From NCBI GenBank assembly GCA_012520295.1, contig JAAYOP010000137.1, positions 631 through 64,630 on the forward strand: a DNA stretch of 64,000 bases, in the 5' to 3' direction. The stretch is from Clostridiales bacterium. Its GTDB lineage: Bacteria > Bacillota > Clostridia > Oscillospirales > Oscillospiraceae. This document shows, piece by piece, positions 9,682-19,270 of this stretch (the first letter of the stretch is position 1; each line of letters opens with the position of its first letter). The translations under genes and the position numbers were made by a program. The notes below the pieces were generated by a model, which saw nothing but the letters and a program-made list of their open reading frames with translations, did no database searches and was not told the DNA's origin.

Positions 9682-9717
9682 TATGTCCCCCCCTGCCGAT
9701 ACTGTTCTGTTGAATAA

Positions 9718-9743
9718 ATATCGGGTAATTCCATATAAATTAA
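9718..9743 (-). promoter_or_regulatory. candidate sigma-28 promoter in front of the FapA/DUF342 gene
   Basis: The minus strand reads TTAA-14 nt-CCCGATAT. The -10 matches the GCCGATAT consensus at 7 of 8 positions. It lies between the fliA stop (9753) and the FapA start (9681). Confidence 0.5.
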
Positions 9744-9752
9744 TCCTGTTAT

Positions 9753-10523
9753 TTATATTATTTTCTGAAGTTTTGCACGCAACTTGGCAAGAACCTTTGA
9801 GTGTATTTGCGAAACCCGGGACTCAGAGACCTCCAATATTTCGGCAATATCCTTCAAAAGAAGACCTTCGTAATAATAGAGAGTTATTACCAGCCTTTCC
9901 TTTTCCGGAAGACTTTCTATCATATCCGCCAGTATTTTCTTCATTTCCTTGTTAAGAAGAGTATTTTCGGGTGTACTTTCTTCGGGAGATGAAATCTCGT
10001 TTATCGCATTTGAGGAGCTCAGTGCATCTTCAAAGTTAACAAGGTTAAACATATGGGTCTGGGAAAGAATTTTACGAACCTGAGAGACAGGCATACTGAG
10101 AGCTTCTGCCACATTCTCCTCTGTTGGTGGCTTATGATTTCTGGCCTCCAATGCTTCATATGTTTTCATTACTGCGTTTATCTTTTTCCGCAGACTGGGC
10201 GGCGCCCAGTCCTGAGATCTCATATAATCCAGTATTTCTCCGCAAATGCGAGACCCGGCATAGGTCTCAAACTTCACTCCGTGGTCGAGATTGAACTTTT
10301 CAACAGCATCGATCAAACCAATTACGCCACAATTAACCAAATCATCCTGTTCATTATAGCTGTTATACTTAGGCATCATACGCCTAACAGTCCACTTTAC
10401 AAGATATATGTAATGGAGAAGCAGCTCGTTTTTTGCCTTTAAATCACCGGTTTCCTTATAGTACCGCCAAAGCTTGTCTATATCATTCCTGGGAATATCC
10501 GTAGTTTTTGCAGCCGTTTCCAT
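9753..10523 (-). CDS. fliA: flagellar sigma factor sigma-28 (FliA/SigD/WhiG family)
   Basis: A 256-aa ORF has sigma-70 region 2 (LVNCGVIGLIDAVEKF) and a region 4 HTH (EKERLVITLYYYEGLLLKDIAEILEVSESRVSQIH). It lies at the end of the flhA-flhF-flhG string. Confidence 0.85.
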   Translation of the reverse strand: METAAKTTDIPRNDIDKLWRYYKETGDLKAKNELLLHYIYLVKWTVRRMMPKYNSYNEQDDLVNCGVIGLIDAVEKFNLDHGVKFETYAGSRICGEILDYMRSQDWAPPSLRKKINAVMKTYEALEARNHKPPTEENVAEALSMPVSQVRKILSQTHMFNLVNFEDALSSSNAINEISSPEESTPENTLLNKEMKKILADMIESLPEKERLVITLYYYEGLLLKDIAEILEVSESRVSQIHSKVLAKLRAKLQKII

Positions 10524-10561
10524 TATTCATCCCCCACCACTCACTTTTGTATGTCTTAGCT

Positions 10562-11269
10562 TCAATCGCCTTCGACCAGTCTTTTCTGTCTCAATCTTTT
10601 CTGTTCCTGTGACATAATAAACCTGTATAAATGGCTATATGTATCGTTTGACAGGTATAAGAACCTGAGCCCCACAATAAACCCCTTCTCAAAAGGTTCT
10701 GCTTCCGTTACCTGCCTTACTTCACCTATCAGTTCAATGGGTCCGGAATTCCCTTCCGGCCAATTAAGGTATATTTGCAAATTAACCCTGTCTCCCAATG
10801 AGTACTGATGTCTTGATGCTATCGCTATGCCTGTTGCGCTCAGGTTTATAGAAGACACCTGTTCGGTTTTATCTGAACCAGAAACATCCTCTGTAATGGA
10901 TTCGTTTTCTGTTTCTTCTATATTTGTAACCAAAACCTTGAGATCTATTGGAAGTCTGAATGAATCTCTGCGCTGCTGTCTCTGAGGATCAGATAAAGGC
11001 TTTAACTCCATAAGCCTTATATGCCCGTCTTTGACATAGCCGTTCATTTTAACATTAACCCTGTATCGGCCGTTTGTCCGGTAAAAGTAAAGCTGAAACC
11101 CCTGTCCCTCTTTAATGTTAACTGGCACTCCCTGATAGGTCGGTATTGAAACCAGCAAATTGCCGCTTTGAGTAATGTCCTCCAGCTTGCTGAGGTAAAC
11201 TGGCCCGGTCCCTAAATATAAATCCACCTTGTCGCCTATACTGAGCAGATTTTTATTCTTGCTTGCCAA
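10562..11269 (-). CDS. PilZ-domain flagellar brake/clutch protein (YcgR/MotI-like)
   Basis: The c-di-GMP motifs RxxxR (RQQRRDSFR) and D/NxSxxG (NLSATG) are visible. It lies between flhG and fliA. Confidence 0.75.
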   Translation of the reverse strand: MASKNKNLLSIGDKVDLYLGTGPVYLSKLEDITQSGNLLVSIPTYQGVPVNIKEGQGFQLYFYRTNGRYRVNVKMNGYVKDGHIRLMELKPLSDPQRQQRRDSFRLPIDLKVLVTNIEETENESITEDVSGSDKTEQVSSINLSATGIAIASRHQYSLGDRVNLQIYLNWPEGNSGPIELIGEVRQVTEAEPFEKGFIVGLRFLYLSNDTYSHLYRFIMSQEQKRLRQKRLVEGD

Positions 11270-11284
11270 AACTCAACCTCCTTC

Positions 11285-12148
11285 CTAATGGCCGAACATC
11301 CGTGAAAGCAATCTGGATAATCTGCCGGATGAAAGAGGCATAGCCGGCAGGTCAATCAGTGTCCGGGCAATAGCCATTAATTCACGTGCGGCCACTCCTT
11401 GCGGATGGCTTATTAATATGGGAAGCTGACGTTTTATGGATTTGGGCAGCTCCTGATCGAACATCACATATCCCAGAGCTTGTATATCAACTGCCAGATT
11501 TCGCTTTACTACTTCCCTGAAGCCTTCCGCAATACTCTCCGCTTCTTTTCTGTTATCACATTTATTCATAATAATGCGGATAGGGTGAGCCTGCTCACGA
11601 AGCACTACGGTTTTTATCAGCGCGTACGAATCAAGTACGGATGTGGGCTCAGGTGTTGCTACAATAATGGTTTCATTTGAGGACAGTAACAGCTGAACGA
11701 TATTCTCATTTATACCGGCTCCCGTATCAATAATTATAATATCCGTGGGCTCCCGGAGAACCATAATACCCTTCATAATCTCTTTTATCTGGCTCTCACT
11801 CATTCGCAAGAGCTCTGAGACTCCGGAGCCTCCCGATATAAACCTTACTCCTCCGTGACCTGTCTGGATTATCTCATAAAGCTTTTTTTCTCCTCTAATT
11901 ACATGGCTGATGTTATATTTTGAATGAATGCCGAGCATCACATCCACATTCGCAAGCCCAAAATCGGCATCGATTACAAGTACTCTCATACCCAGATTGC
12001 TCAGAGCAATGGCCAAATTAACAGATATGCTTGATTTGCCTACTCCACCCTTGCCGCTGGAAACAGAGATAATTTTCATATTGCTCTTGCTCTTTCCGAC
12101 CAGCTCTCTGAGGTTATGTGCTTGATCCCTGATAGGTTGGTTAATCAT
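11285..12148 (-). CDS. flhG: MinD/ParA-family ATPase FlhG (YlxH)
   Basis: The ORF has a deviant Walker A (SGKGGVGKS). Its start overlaps the flhF stop by 1 nt. Confidence 0.85.
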   Translation of the reverse strand: MINQPIRDQAHNLRELVGKSKSNMKIISVSSGKGGVGKSSISVNLAIALSNLGMRVLVIDADFGLANVDVMLGIHSKYNISHVIRGEKKLYEIIQTGHGGVRFISGGSGVSELLRMSESQIKEIMKGIMVLREPTDIIIIDTGAGINENIVQLLLSSNETIIVATPEPTSVLDSYALIKTVVLREQAHPIRIIMNKCDNRKEAESIAEGFREVVKRNLAVDIQALGYVMFDQELPKSIKRQLPILISHPQGVAARELMAIARTLIDLPAMPLSSGRLSRLLSRMFGH

Positions 12149-13347
12149 TATAGTGGCCTCAACAGTTGTCTCGTTATGGATAGCGTATCAATTAGCTCAA
12201 TATCGTCAGGAACATTTTGGCCTGTCGTCACATAAGCTATTGACTTTTTTGTGTAATTACAGAGGTTTAAGATCATCCCCCTGTATCTTGTCTCGTCCAA
12301 TTTTGTAATAATCAGCTTGTAGTCTTTAATATAGCTGTATGTATCGATTATTTCCTTTAAGGCGGGGAAACCTGTGGATGCGGACAAACATAAAAGGATT
12401 TCATCCGGACATGCGTTTTTAATAAGGCTTTCAATATCTTCCTTATGCTGAATATCGCCGGGGGATTTACCTGCTGTATCTATGAATATGATATCCCTGT
12501 CGCCCATTTCTTCAAGGCTTTTTCCAATCTCCGTCGGCTGATAAACTATGCCCAACGGAACATCCAGGATATCGGAATAGGTCTTAAGCTGCTCATGGGC
12601 GGCAATCCTGTATGTATCCGTATTTAGTATACCAACTTTTTTCTTCTGTTTTAAAGTGAAATTTGCCGCAAGCTTTACAATTGTTGTTGTTTTTCCAACT
12701 CCAGTAGGCCCCACGGCCAGCACTATTTTACGATTGTATCTTTTAGTCAGAATCGGAGCCGGTGAGCCCAACTCTTCCAAAATCAGGTGCTCCATGATAT
12801 CCACTGCCGAATCACTTTGCTGCCTTTTGGTTATTTGCTCCGCTTCCTTTGCAAGTATATGGGCAAGCTCCTGTCTCACCTGATTGTTAATCATATTTAT
12901 GAGAAACTCTTCAATATCATCAGGATAATCATAGGTTATATCACGCTTTATATGCGAAAAATTGTTAATAAAGCCGGTCAGCATTTTATCCAGCGTATCT
13001 ATTTTTTTGTCCAGGTTTGTAAGCTGCTCCTTGTTTATTTCAACAGCTTTTCTTATCCTGTCATCGTTTCTTTCTCCAACCGAAGGTTTGTAACCATATG
13101 AAGTGAAAGCATTTCCGCTACCGGTGCTGTCTCCCGAACCATATGTGCCGTATATTTTTTTTGCAATCGGAGTTTTAGCAGGATCATAAGCCACCATTAT
13201 TTCCTGAAGGGGTTTCTGGAATATGTAGCGAAGTCCTTTCCTGCGCACCTTTCGGCTGTTCAGTATAACCGCGTCGGAGCCCAGCTCTTTAATCACCGTA
13301 TCCATCGCTTCCTGCATATTTTTTGCGCGATACCTTTTTACAAGCAT
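12148..13347 (-). CDS. flhF: flagellar SRP-type GTPase FlhF
   Basis: The ORF has G-domain motifs GPTGVGKTTT and DTAG. It lies downstream of flhA. Confidence 0.85.
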   Translation of the reverse strand: MLVKRYRAKNMQEAMDTVIKELGSDAVILNSRKVRRKGLRYIFQKPLQEIMVAYDPAKTPIAKKIYGTYGSGDSTGSGNAFTSYGYKPSVGERNDDRIRKAVEINKEQLTNLDKKIDTLDKMLTGFINNFSHIKRDITYDYPDDIEEFLINMINNQVRQELAHILAKEAEQITKRQQSDSAVDIMEHLILEELGSPAPILTKRYNRKIVLAVGPTGVGKTTTIVKLAANFTLKQKKKVGILNTDTYRIAAHEQLKTYSDILDVPLGIVYQPTEIGKSLEEMGDRDIIFIDTAGKSPGDIQHKEDIESLIKNACPDEILLCLSASTGFPALKEIIDTYSYIKDYKLIITKLDETRYRGMILNLCNYTKKSIAYVTTGQNVPDDIELIDTLSITRQLLRPL

Positions 13348-15384
13348 TTAGAGCTTCACAACTCCTTCCGAGAATACTTCCACATTAGCTTCTATTTCAT
13401 TAAAAGATAAAACATTTAAATCCTGGGATACCTGCTCGGCTATTTTCCGAAACTGTCTTCTTACCAGGGGTGAGGTCAGTATAACAGGTATCTTTCCGGC
13501 GCCTTTCACCTTCTCAACCAGATTCCGAAGTCTTGTAAATATGGTGTTGAGCTGCGCCGGCTCAAGGGAAAGGTATGAACCATGCTCCGACTGGCGGGTG
13601 TTTTCTATAATAAGCTGCTCCAATGAAGGATCCAGGGTGATAACATGAGCCACATCGTCAGGTATAAAGCGCTTGGAAATTGCTCTTTTCAGGTTCTGCC
13701 TGACGTATTCGGTCAGAAGCTCCGTATCCTTTGTTATATTCCCATAGTCGGCCAGGCATTCTAATATTGTGGCCATATCTCTAATTGGAACATCTTCTCT
13801 GAGCAGATTTGCCAATACCTTTTGCAACTCACCCAGTGTGAACATTTTTGGTATAACTTCCTCCACAAGGGCGGGTTGGGTCTTCTCCAGATTATCTACC
13901 AGTGTTTGAACCTGTTGACGGTTGAGCAGCTCATGGGCATGCCTCTTAATTATGTGTGTCAGATGAGTGGCTATGACCGAGGGCGGGTCAATTGCAGAAT
14001 AGCCGCAAAGCTCGGCTTTCTCCCGGTCCTTCTTTGCTATCCATAAAGCAGGCTGTCCAAAAGTGGGATCCACAGTCGGAATGCCGTCTATCTCCTCAAT
14101 AACCTCGCCTGTGCTCAAAGCGAGAAGGTGATCCGCCATAACCTCTCCCTGGGCAACTTCAACACCCTTTATCTTTATGGCATATGTGTTCATGCTCCGC
14201 TGAATATTGTCATATACCCTGATAACGGGAACTATAACTCCCAGATCCAGCGCACACATGCGCCTTATCATGACAATCCTGTCAAAAAGATCTCCACCCT
14301 GTGATACATCCACCATAGGCAGGAGTCCGTATCCAAGCTCCAGCTCAATCGGATTAATCTGTATAAGTGTCGTAACGCTTTCGGGTTTCCTCTTTTCCTG
14401 AGCTGCCGCCTCGTCCTGATCCACGACTTCGGCTTCAGTGGCGCTCTTTTGGGTTTTATATGAATTGTATCCTATTATCATCAGGCAGGCAGCCAGTCCC
14501 CACATTGGCAGCGTTGGAAGCCCAGGAACCAGACTCATTGCAAAAATCAGGCCACCGCATACCATCAGTACAAAGGGATTTCCAAAAAGCTGGCCGAATA
14601 CCTCTGAACCAAAGGTGGTGTTTCTGCCCGATCTTGTAACAATAATGCCTGCAGCTGTAGAGACCAGGAGCGCCGGTATCTGGCTGACAAGACCGTCACC
14701 TATGGTTGCCAGTGTGAAGATTCTGACTATCTCCGACATCTGCTTGTCTTTCATTGTGACAAGACCGATTATAAGACCGCCCACAATATTGATAATCGTT
14801 ATCAATAGGCCAGCTATTGCTTCACCCTTGATAAACTTGCTGGCACCATCCATGGCTCCATGAAAATCAGCCTCATGCTGAATAGCTTCTCTCCGGACCC
14901 TTGCCTCGGCCTCGTCTATTAACCCGGTATTCAGATCTGCGTCAATAGCCATCTGCTTTCCTGGCATGGCATCCAAAGTAAATCTGGCTGCAACTTCGGC
15001 AACTCTCTCTGCGCCCTTGGTAATAACAATAAACTGTATTACCAGTATAATCAGGAAAATTACAATACCGACTACAGGATCTCCCCTGATTACGAAATTG
15101 CCGAAAGTTCTTATAACATTTCCGGCATCCCCTTGATTACCGAGAATAAGCCTTGTGGTTGATACATTCAATACCAGCCTGAAGAGCGTTACTATCAATA
15201 GAAAGGTGGGAAAAATTGAAAACTCAAGGGGATCCTTCGTATATAGAGCCATCAGGAGTATTATTATTGACAGGCTTATATTTATGATGAGAAGAATATC
15301 CATCATAAATGTGGGCATCGGTATGATCATTAAAAGTACTATGGCCAGTAATGCTATTGCAAATGATACATCCGATAATTTCAT
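13348..15384 (-). CDS. flhA: flagellar export gate protein FlhA
   Basis: A 678-aa ORF has a polytopic N-terminus and a conserved cytoplasmic domain, including the FHIPEP-type loop RVAEVAARFTLDAMPGKQMAIDADL. Confidence 0.95.
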   Translation of the reverse strand: MKLSDVSFAIALLAIVLLMIIPMPTFMMDILLIINISLSIIILLMALYTKDPLEFSIFPTFLLIVTLFRLVLNVSTTRLILGNQGDAGNVIRTFGNFVIRGDPVVGIVIFLIILVIQFIVITKGAERVAEVAARFTLDAMPGKQMAIDADLNTGLIDEAEARVRREAIQHEADFHGAMDGASKFIKGEAIAGLLITIINIVGGLIIGLVTMKDKQMSEIVRIFTLATIGDGLVSQIPALLVSTAAGIIVTRSGRNTTFGSEVFGQLFGNPFVLMVCGGLIFAMSLVPGLPTLPMWGLAACLMIIGYNSYKTQKSATEAEVVDQDEAAAQEKRKPESVTTLIQINPIELELGYGLLPMVDVSQGGDLFDRIVMIRRMCALDLGVIVPVIRVYDNIQRSMNTYAIKIKGVEVAQGEVMADHLLALSTGEVIEEIDGIPTVDPTFGQPALWIAKKDREKAELCGYSAIDPPSVIATHLTHIIKRHAHELLNRQQVQTLVDNLEKTQPALVEEVIPKMFTLGELQKVLANLLREDVPIRDMATILECLADYGNITKDTELLTEYVRQNLKRAISKRFIPDDVAHVITLDPSLEQLIIENTRQSEHGSYLSLEPAQLNTIFTRLRNLVEKVKGAGKIPVILTSPLVRRQFRKIAEQVSQDLNVLSFNEIEANVEVFSEGVVKL

Positions 15385-16469
15385 CTGCTGCCTTCTCTCC
15401 TAAGGTTTTTTCTTCTGTAGACATAGACCAGTATATCCGCTACAGCCTGGTAAAACTCAACCGGTATCTCGTCATCTATCTCACAAAGATTATACAGTGC
15501 CTGGGCCAGGGGCTTGTTTTCGACTATTTCAATTTTGTTCTCTCGCGCCACTTCTTTTATTTTCCGGGCAAGATAGTCCAGACCCTTGGCTATTACTATC
15601 GGAGCGTTGTCAACTCCCTCTTCATACTTGAGTGCTATTGCATAGTGCGTAGGGTTTGTTATTACCACATCAGCCGACGGTACTCTTTCCATCATACGCA
15701 TCGCACTCATCTGTCTTTGCTTCTGTCTGATCCTGCTTTTTATCTGCGGATCCCCTTCCAGAAGCTTGTATTCATCCTTGACTTCCTGCTTTGTCATCAT
15801 CAGCTCTTTTTCATACTTCCACCATTGATACAGATAGTCAAATGCGGCTATAATGCCCAGCACTATACTCATCTTCAGTGCAATGGACAGGGCAATATCC
15901 ATAATCTCCAGGAAAGCTCCATATACATCCATTCCCAGGAAATGTGTAAACTTTGTTATGAGTTTTGTGTACTCAGTATACAATACATACCCCAGGAGGG
16001 AGATTTTAAGCAGCGATTTCAGGAGCTCTACCAGGGTTCTCAGCGAAAATATTCTTTTAAACCCTTTTATGGGACTTATTCTCTCAAGCTTTGGCTGAAG
16101 GGTTTTAGTGGTGAAAAGAAAACCTGTCTGTCCAATGTTTGATATAAGTCCTGCCAGCATGGCAATTCCCAATATGGGCAAAAGAATTGTTGCCATACTG
16201 AGCACGGCTTTTCTAAAAAGCTCCACAACCATCCTGATAGAAATCTCATGATTTGTTGCATCCATTGCAGAGGGTCCCAGGAAATCGGTAAATATGCCCG
16301 TCAGCTGGTTTGTGTACCTGGGCCATATTATAAGCATCAGCCCCAGCATCACAATGGCACCAAAAGCCGTGTTAACCTCTGTGCTTTTTAAAACCTGTCC
16401 CTGTTCGCGAGCATCTTTTCTCTTTTTTGCTGTCGCTTTTTCAGTCTTGTTGTCCGTGTGACTACTCAC
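15381..16469 (-). CDS. flhB: flagellar export switch protein FlhB
   Basis: A 362-aa ORF has the NPTH autocleavage motif (VITNPTHYAIAL). It overlaps the fliR and flhA boundaries. Confidence 0.95.
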   Translation of the reverse strand: MSSHTDNKTEKATAKKRKDAREQGQVLKSTEVNTAFGAIVMLGLMLIIWPRYTNQLTGIFTDFLGPSAMDATNHEISIRMVVELFRKAVLSMATILLPILGIAMLAGLISNIGQTGFLFTTKTLQPKLERISPIKGFKRIFSLRTLVELLKSLLKISLLGYVLYTEYTKLITKFTHFLGMDVYGAFLEIMDIALSIALKMSIVLGIIAAFDYLYQWWKYEKELMMTKQEVKDEYKLLEGDPQIKSRIRQKQRQMSAMRMMERVPSADVVITNPTHYAIALKYEEGVDNAPIVIAKGLDYLARKIKEVARENKIEIVENKPLAQALYNLCEIDDEIPVEFYQAVADILVYVYRRKNLRREGSR

Positions 16470-17257
16470 GCTGAAGCCACAAATGTACTAAACATTTTTT
16501 CTATCCCCATAAATAATTCTTCAAATATCCCGCCAGTGAAGTTGATATAAACAGGAATTATGAAAAACATTACTATCAATCCAACAAGCAATTTCGCCGG
16601 TATGCCGATTACAAACATATTAATCTGCGGAACTGTTCTTATAAGGGCCCCAAATCCTATTTCTATGATAAGTGCCGAGGCTATTACCGGAAGAGCCACC
16701 ATAACTCCCAGAAGAAATGACATCGAAAATATCTCCAAGGCAACCATGCCTATATTGGGTGAGAATACGAGATTGCCAACTGGAAGTTTGTCGGCTGCAA
16801 TATATACTATCTGCACGAGTCTGTAATGACCGTTAACCGCAAAAAACACAATCAGCATAATTAGATTTAGCAAATTCCCCATCATCGGTATCTGCGTATT
16901 GTTTTGGGGATCATAGACATTCACAATACCGAAGCCTATCTGCATGTCAATAAGCTGACCGGCTACGAAATTTAACGCGAAAAATATATTGGTCACGAAA
17001 GCGAGTGCTATACCTATCAGTAGCTCGGATATACATATCAGTGCAAATTCAAGCAGAGAATTGTATTCAAGCTGAGCAGATGGAGGGAGTAATACAAACA
17101 ATAAGTATCCCAGAGCAGCTGAGAGCCCGATTTTGACTTTTGTCGGTACCTGCGTTCTTCCAAAAACCGGAGAGGTAAATACGAGCCCACCCACCCTGAA
17201 AAGAACAAGCACAAAGTAATCGGTATTTGAAAATATCAGACTTACTGCTTCGCTCAT
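16466..17257 (-). CDS. fliR: flagellar export gate protein FliR
   Basis: A 263-aa polytopic membrane ORF lies between fliQ and flhB. Confidence 0.9.
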   Translation of the reverse strand: MSEAVSLIFSNTDYFVLVLFRVGGLVFTSPVFGRTQVPTKVKIGLSAALGYLLFVLLPPSAQLEYNSLLEFALICISELLIGIALAFVTNIFFALNFVAGQLIDMQIGFGIVNVYDPQNNTQIPMMGNLLNLIMLIVFFAVNGHYRLVQIVYIAADKLPVGNLVFSPNIGMVALEIFSMSFLLGVMVALPVIASALIIEIGFGALIRTVPQINMFVIGIPAKLLVGLIVMFFIIPVYINFTGGIFEELFMGIEKMFSTFVASA

Positions 17258-17523
17258 GATATATATGTATTTACAGATTCAAAAAGCCTGTATGTAAAAC
17301 CACTAATCGTATTTATTATAAAGCTTGCCGATATAAGAAAGGTCAGCAAAACCGCAACAATTTTCGGAACGTAAGCCAGGGTTTGTTCGTGAATCTGAGT
17401 GGTTGCCTGAAATATCGATACTATAAGGCCAACGACAATTGCGGCTATCAGTACAGGGGCAACCGAGATAATGGTTGTGTATACCGCTTCCTGAAGAATC
17501 GATATTATTTCAGTCTGGGACAT
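17254..17523 (-). CDS. fliQ: flagellar export gate protein FliQ
   Basis: The ORF encodes about 89 aa with two TM helices. The start was set at MSQTEII, 7 nt after GGGAGG. Confidence 0.9.
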   Translation of the reverse strand: MSQTEIISILQEAVYTTIISVAPVLIAAIVVGLIVSIFQATTQIHEQTLAYVPKIVAVLLTFLISASFIINTISGFTYRLFESVNTYIS

Positions 17524-17591
17524 TGCAATGCCTCCCAAATATATACTTTAAAAGGAACTTCCCATAATATAAAAATGCCGGCGCTGTGCCG

Positions 17592-18335
17592 CTATCCGAA
17601 GCTTTGCACAAGAGTGCCAATTACAAGTTGCCAGCCATCCACGATAATAAACAGCAGGACCTTAAAGGGCAGTGAAATCATGGCCGGCGGCAGCATCATC
17701 ATACCCATAGCCATAAGCGTGCTTGCCACAACCATATCAATTATTATAAAAGGTATGTATATGAAAAAGCCAATCATAAAGGCTCTTTTTATTTCACTTA
17801 GTAAAAACGCAGGTATAAGGATACGATTCGGAGATTCTTCCGGGGCTTCCAGCTCCTCACCGGACATATTAACGAAAAACGCAAGCTCTGACTTGCCGGT
17901 CTGCCTGAGCATGAACATTCTTGTGGGCTCCATAGCCCGTTCAAAAAACTCATCCTGAGTTATCTCTTCCCTGGTGTATGGCTTATATGCATTTTCGTAT
18001 ACATCGGAAAACACAGGTCCCATTACAAACATGGTAAGAAAGAGAGCTAACCCGATTATTACCTGATTAGGTGGTGTCTGCTGCATTCCCAGAGCGTTTC
18101 TAATAAAAGCCAGCACAATAACAATTCGGGTAAACCCTGTCAGCATCACGATAATCGAGGGAAGAAGAGTTAAAACGGTCAGCAATATGATAATATCGAC
18201 CGTTTCGGTATTATCTCCAAAAATCGTTTTTGTTAGCTCCTCAATGGTCCCGGCCGCACTCGCCGTCATTCCGGTAAAAAGCGCCACGCACACAACTATC
18301 ATTACAATGAGGAGAATTTTCTTCCTTTTGATCAT
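17592..18335 (-). CDS. fliP: flagellar export gate protein FliP
   Basis: A 247-aa ORF has a signal-like N-terminus and conserved FliP segments (LTGFTRIVIVLAFIRNALG, FLLSEIKRAFMIGF). Confidence 0.95.
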   Translation of the reverse strand: MIKRKKILLIVMIVVCVALFTGMTASAAGTIEELTKTIFGDNTETVDIIILLTVLTLLPSIIVMLTGFTRIVIVLAFIRNALGMQQTPPNQVIIGLALFLTMFVMGPVFSDVYENAYKPYTREEITQDEFFERAMEPTRMFMLRQTGKSELAFFVNMSGEELEAPEESPNRILIPAFLLSEIKRAFMIGFFIYIPFIIIDMVVASTLMAMGMMMLPPAMISLPFKVLLFIIVDGWQLVIGTLVQSFG

Positions 18336-18865
18336 AGATAATTCTCCTCATTATTCTCTTGATCCGACATATTGGTACTCGACAATCTGCTTTGTATTCT
18401 TTTATATACAAGCTCCAAATTGTCAACCTCCCCGGAAGCCTGACGTGACTGCTCGGCCTGTTTTCGCTGCGACTGTTTATATCCCTCATGCTTATCTTTG
18501 TTACCCTTAATCGAGGAATAAGCATTCCACAGACTTTTTTGAAGCATTCCTTGCGGTTCATACCGGGAAGGAGCAGAGTCACTTTTTCCCGAAACCGATG
18601 CCGTCTCCAATTCTGCGATATCAAACTTTTCCAGAAGTGTCGCACTCTGTCCGGTAATAACTACAAAGTATACCTTATCCTTTATTCCGATAAGGTATAT
18701 GCTTTTATCCTTTGATAAAGAAAACCTATCAATCAGTTTGATCATCCGACCGGAGCGGCCTGATCTCATCTTGCCGGTCTTGGTGGCCAGAAAATATGTA
18801 GAATAATAAGCACCGGCTATTACCAGCACTGATGCCAGTATAAAAACAGCGATCCGGCCGTTCAT
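18332..18865 (-). CDS. fliO: FliO/FliZ flagellar export protein with extended charged C-terminus
   Basis: The ORF has a single N-terminal TM helix and a FliO-like core (IKLIDRFSLSKDKSIYLIGIKDKVYFVVITGQSATLLEKF). It overlaps the fliP start. Confidence 0.7.
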   Translation of the reverse strand: MNGRIAVFILASVLVIAGAYYSTYFLATKTGKMRSGRSGRMIKLIDRFSLSKDKSIYLIGIKDKVYFVVITGQSATLLEKFDIAELETASVSGKSDSAPSRYEPQGMLQKSLWNAYSSIKGNKDKHEGYKQSQRKQAEQSRQASGEVDNLELVYKRIQSRLSSTNMSDQENNEENYL

Positions 18866-18919
18866 TTTTATCTCCTTTGTTTTGTTGTCTATTTGCTTAT
18901 AGGAACCCCATAATGACAG

Positions 18920-19231
18920 CTATACCTGCATATTCATTATTTCCTTATAAGCGTCCAATACTTTGTTTCGAAGCTGTATAGCCAGATTTAGGGTTATTTC
19001 AGCCTTTTGGGCATCCAACATCAGCTTTGATAGGTCTTCTGCCTGTCCTGATAACAGTTCAAGGGTCGAGGCTTTATCGGCTGCATCCATTTCCGATGCA
19101 GTGTCCATAGCGTTGTTCAGAAAATCTGAAAAACTCTCAAATACTGTCTCCCTCGGCTTAGAAGCTGCGGCCGATTCTGACAACTGATCAAGGAAGCTGG
19201 CGGAAACAGGATTTATATTCATTTTAGTCAT
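18920..19231 (-). CDS. fliE: flagellar hook-basal body complex protein FliE
   Basis: A 103-aa ORF follows flgC. It has the C-terminal FliE helix (ITLNLAIQLRNKVLDAYKEIMNMQ). Confidence 0.85.
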   Translation of the reverse strand: MTKMNINPVSASFLDQLSESAAASKPRETVFESFSDFLNNAMDTASEMDAADKASTLELLSGQAEDLSKLMLDAQKAEITLNLAIQLRNKVLDAYKEIMNMQV

Positions 19232-19270
19232 CCCCTTGTAATTACTTCAGTCTGCTCTTTGTTTTATGTG

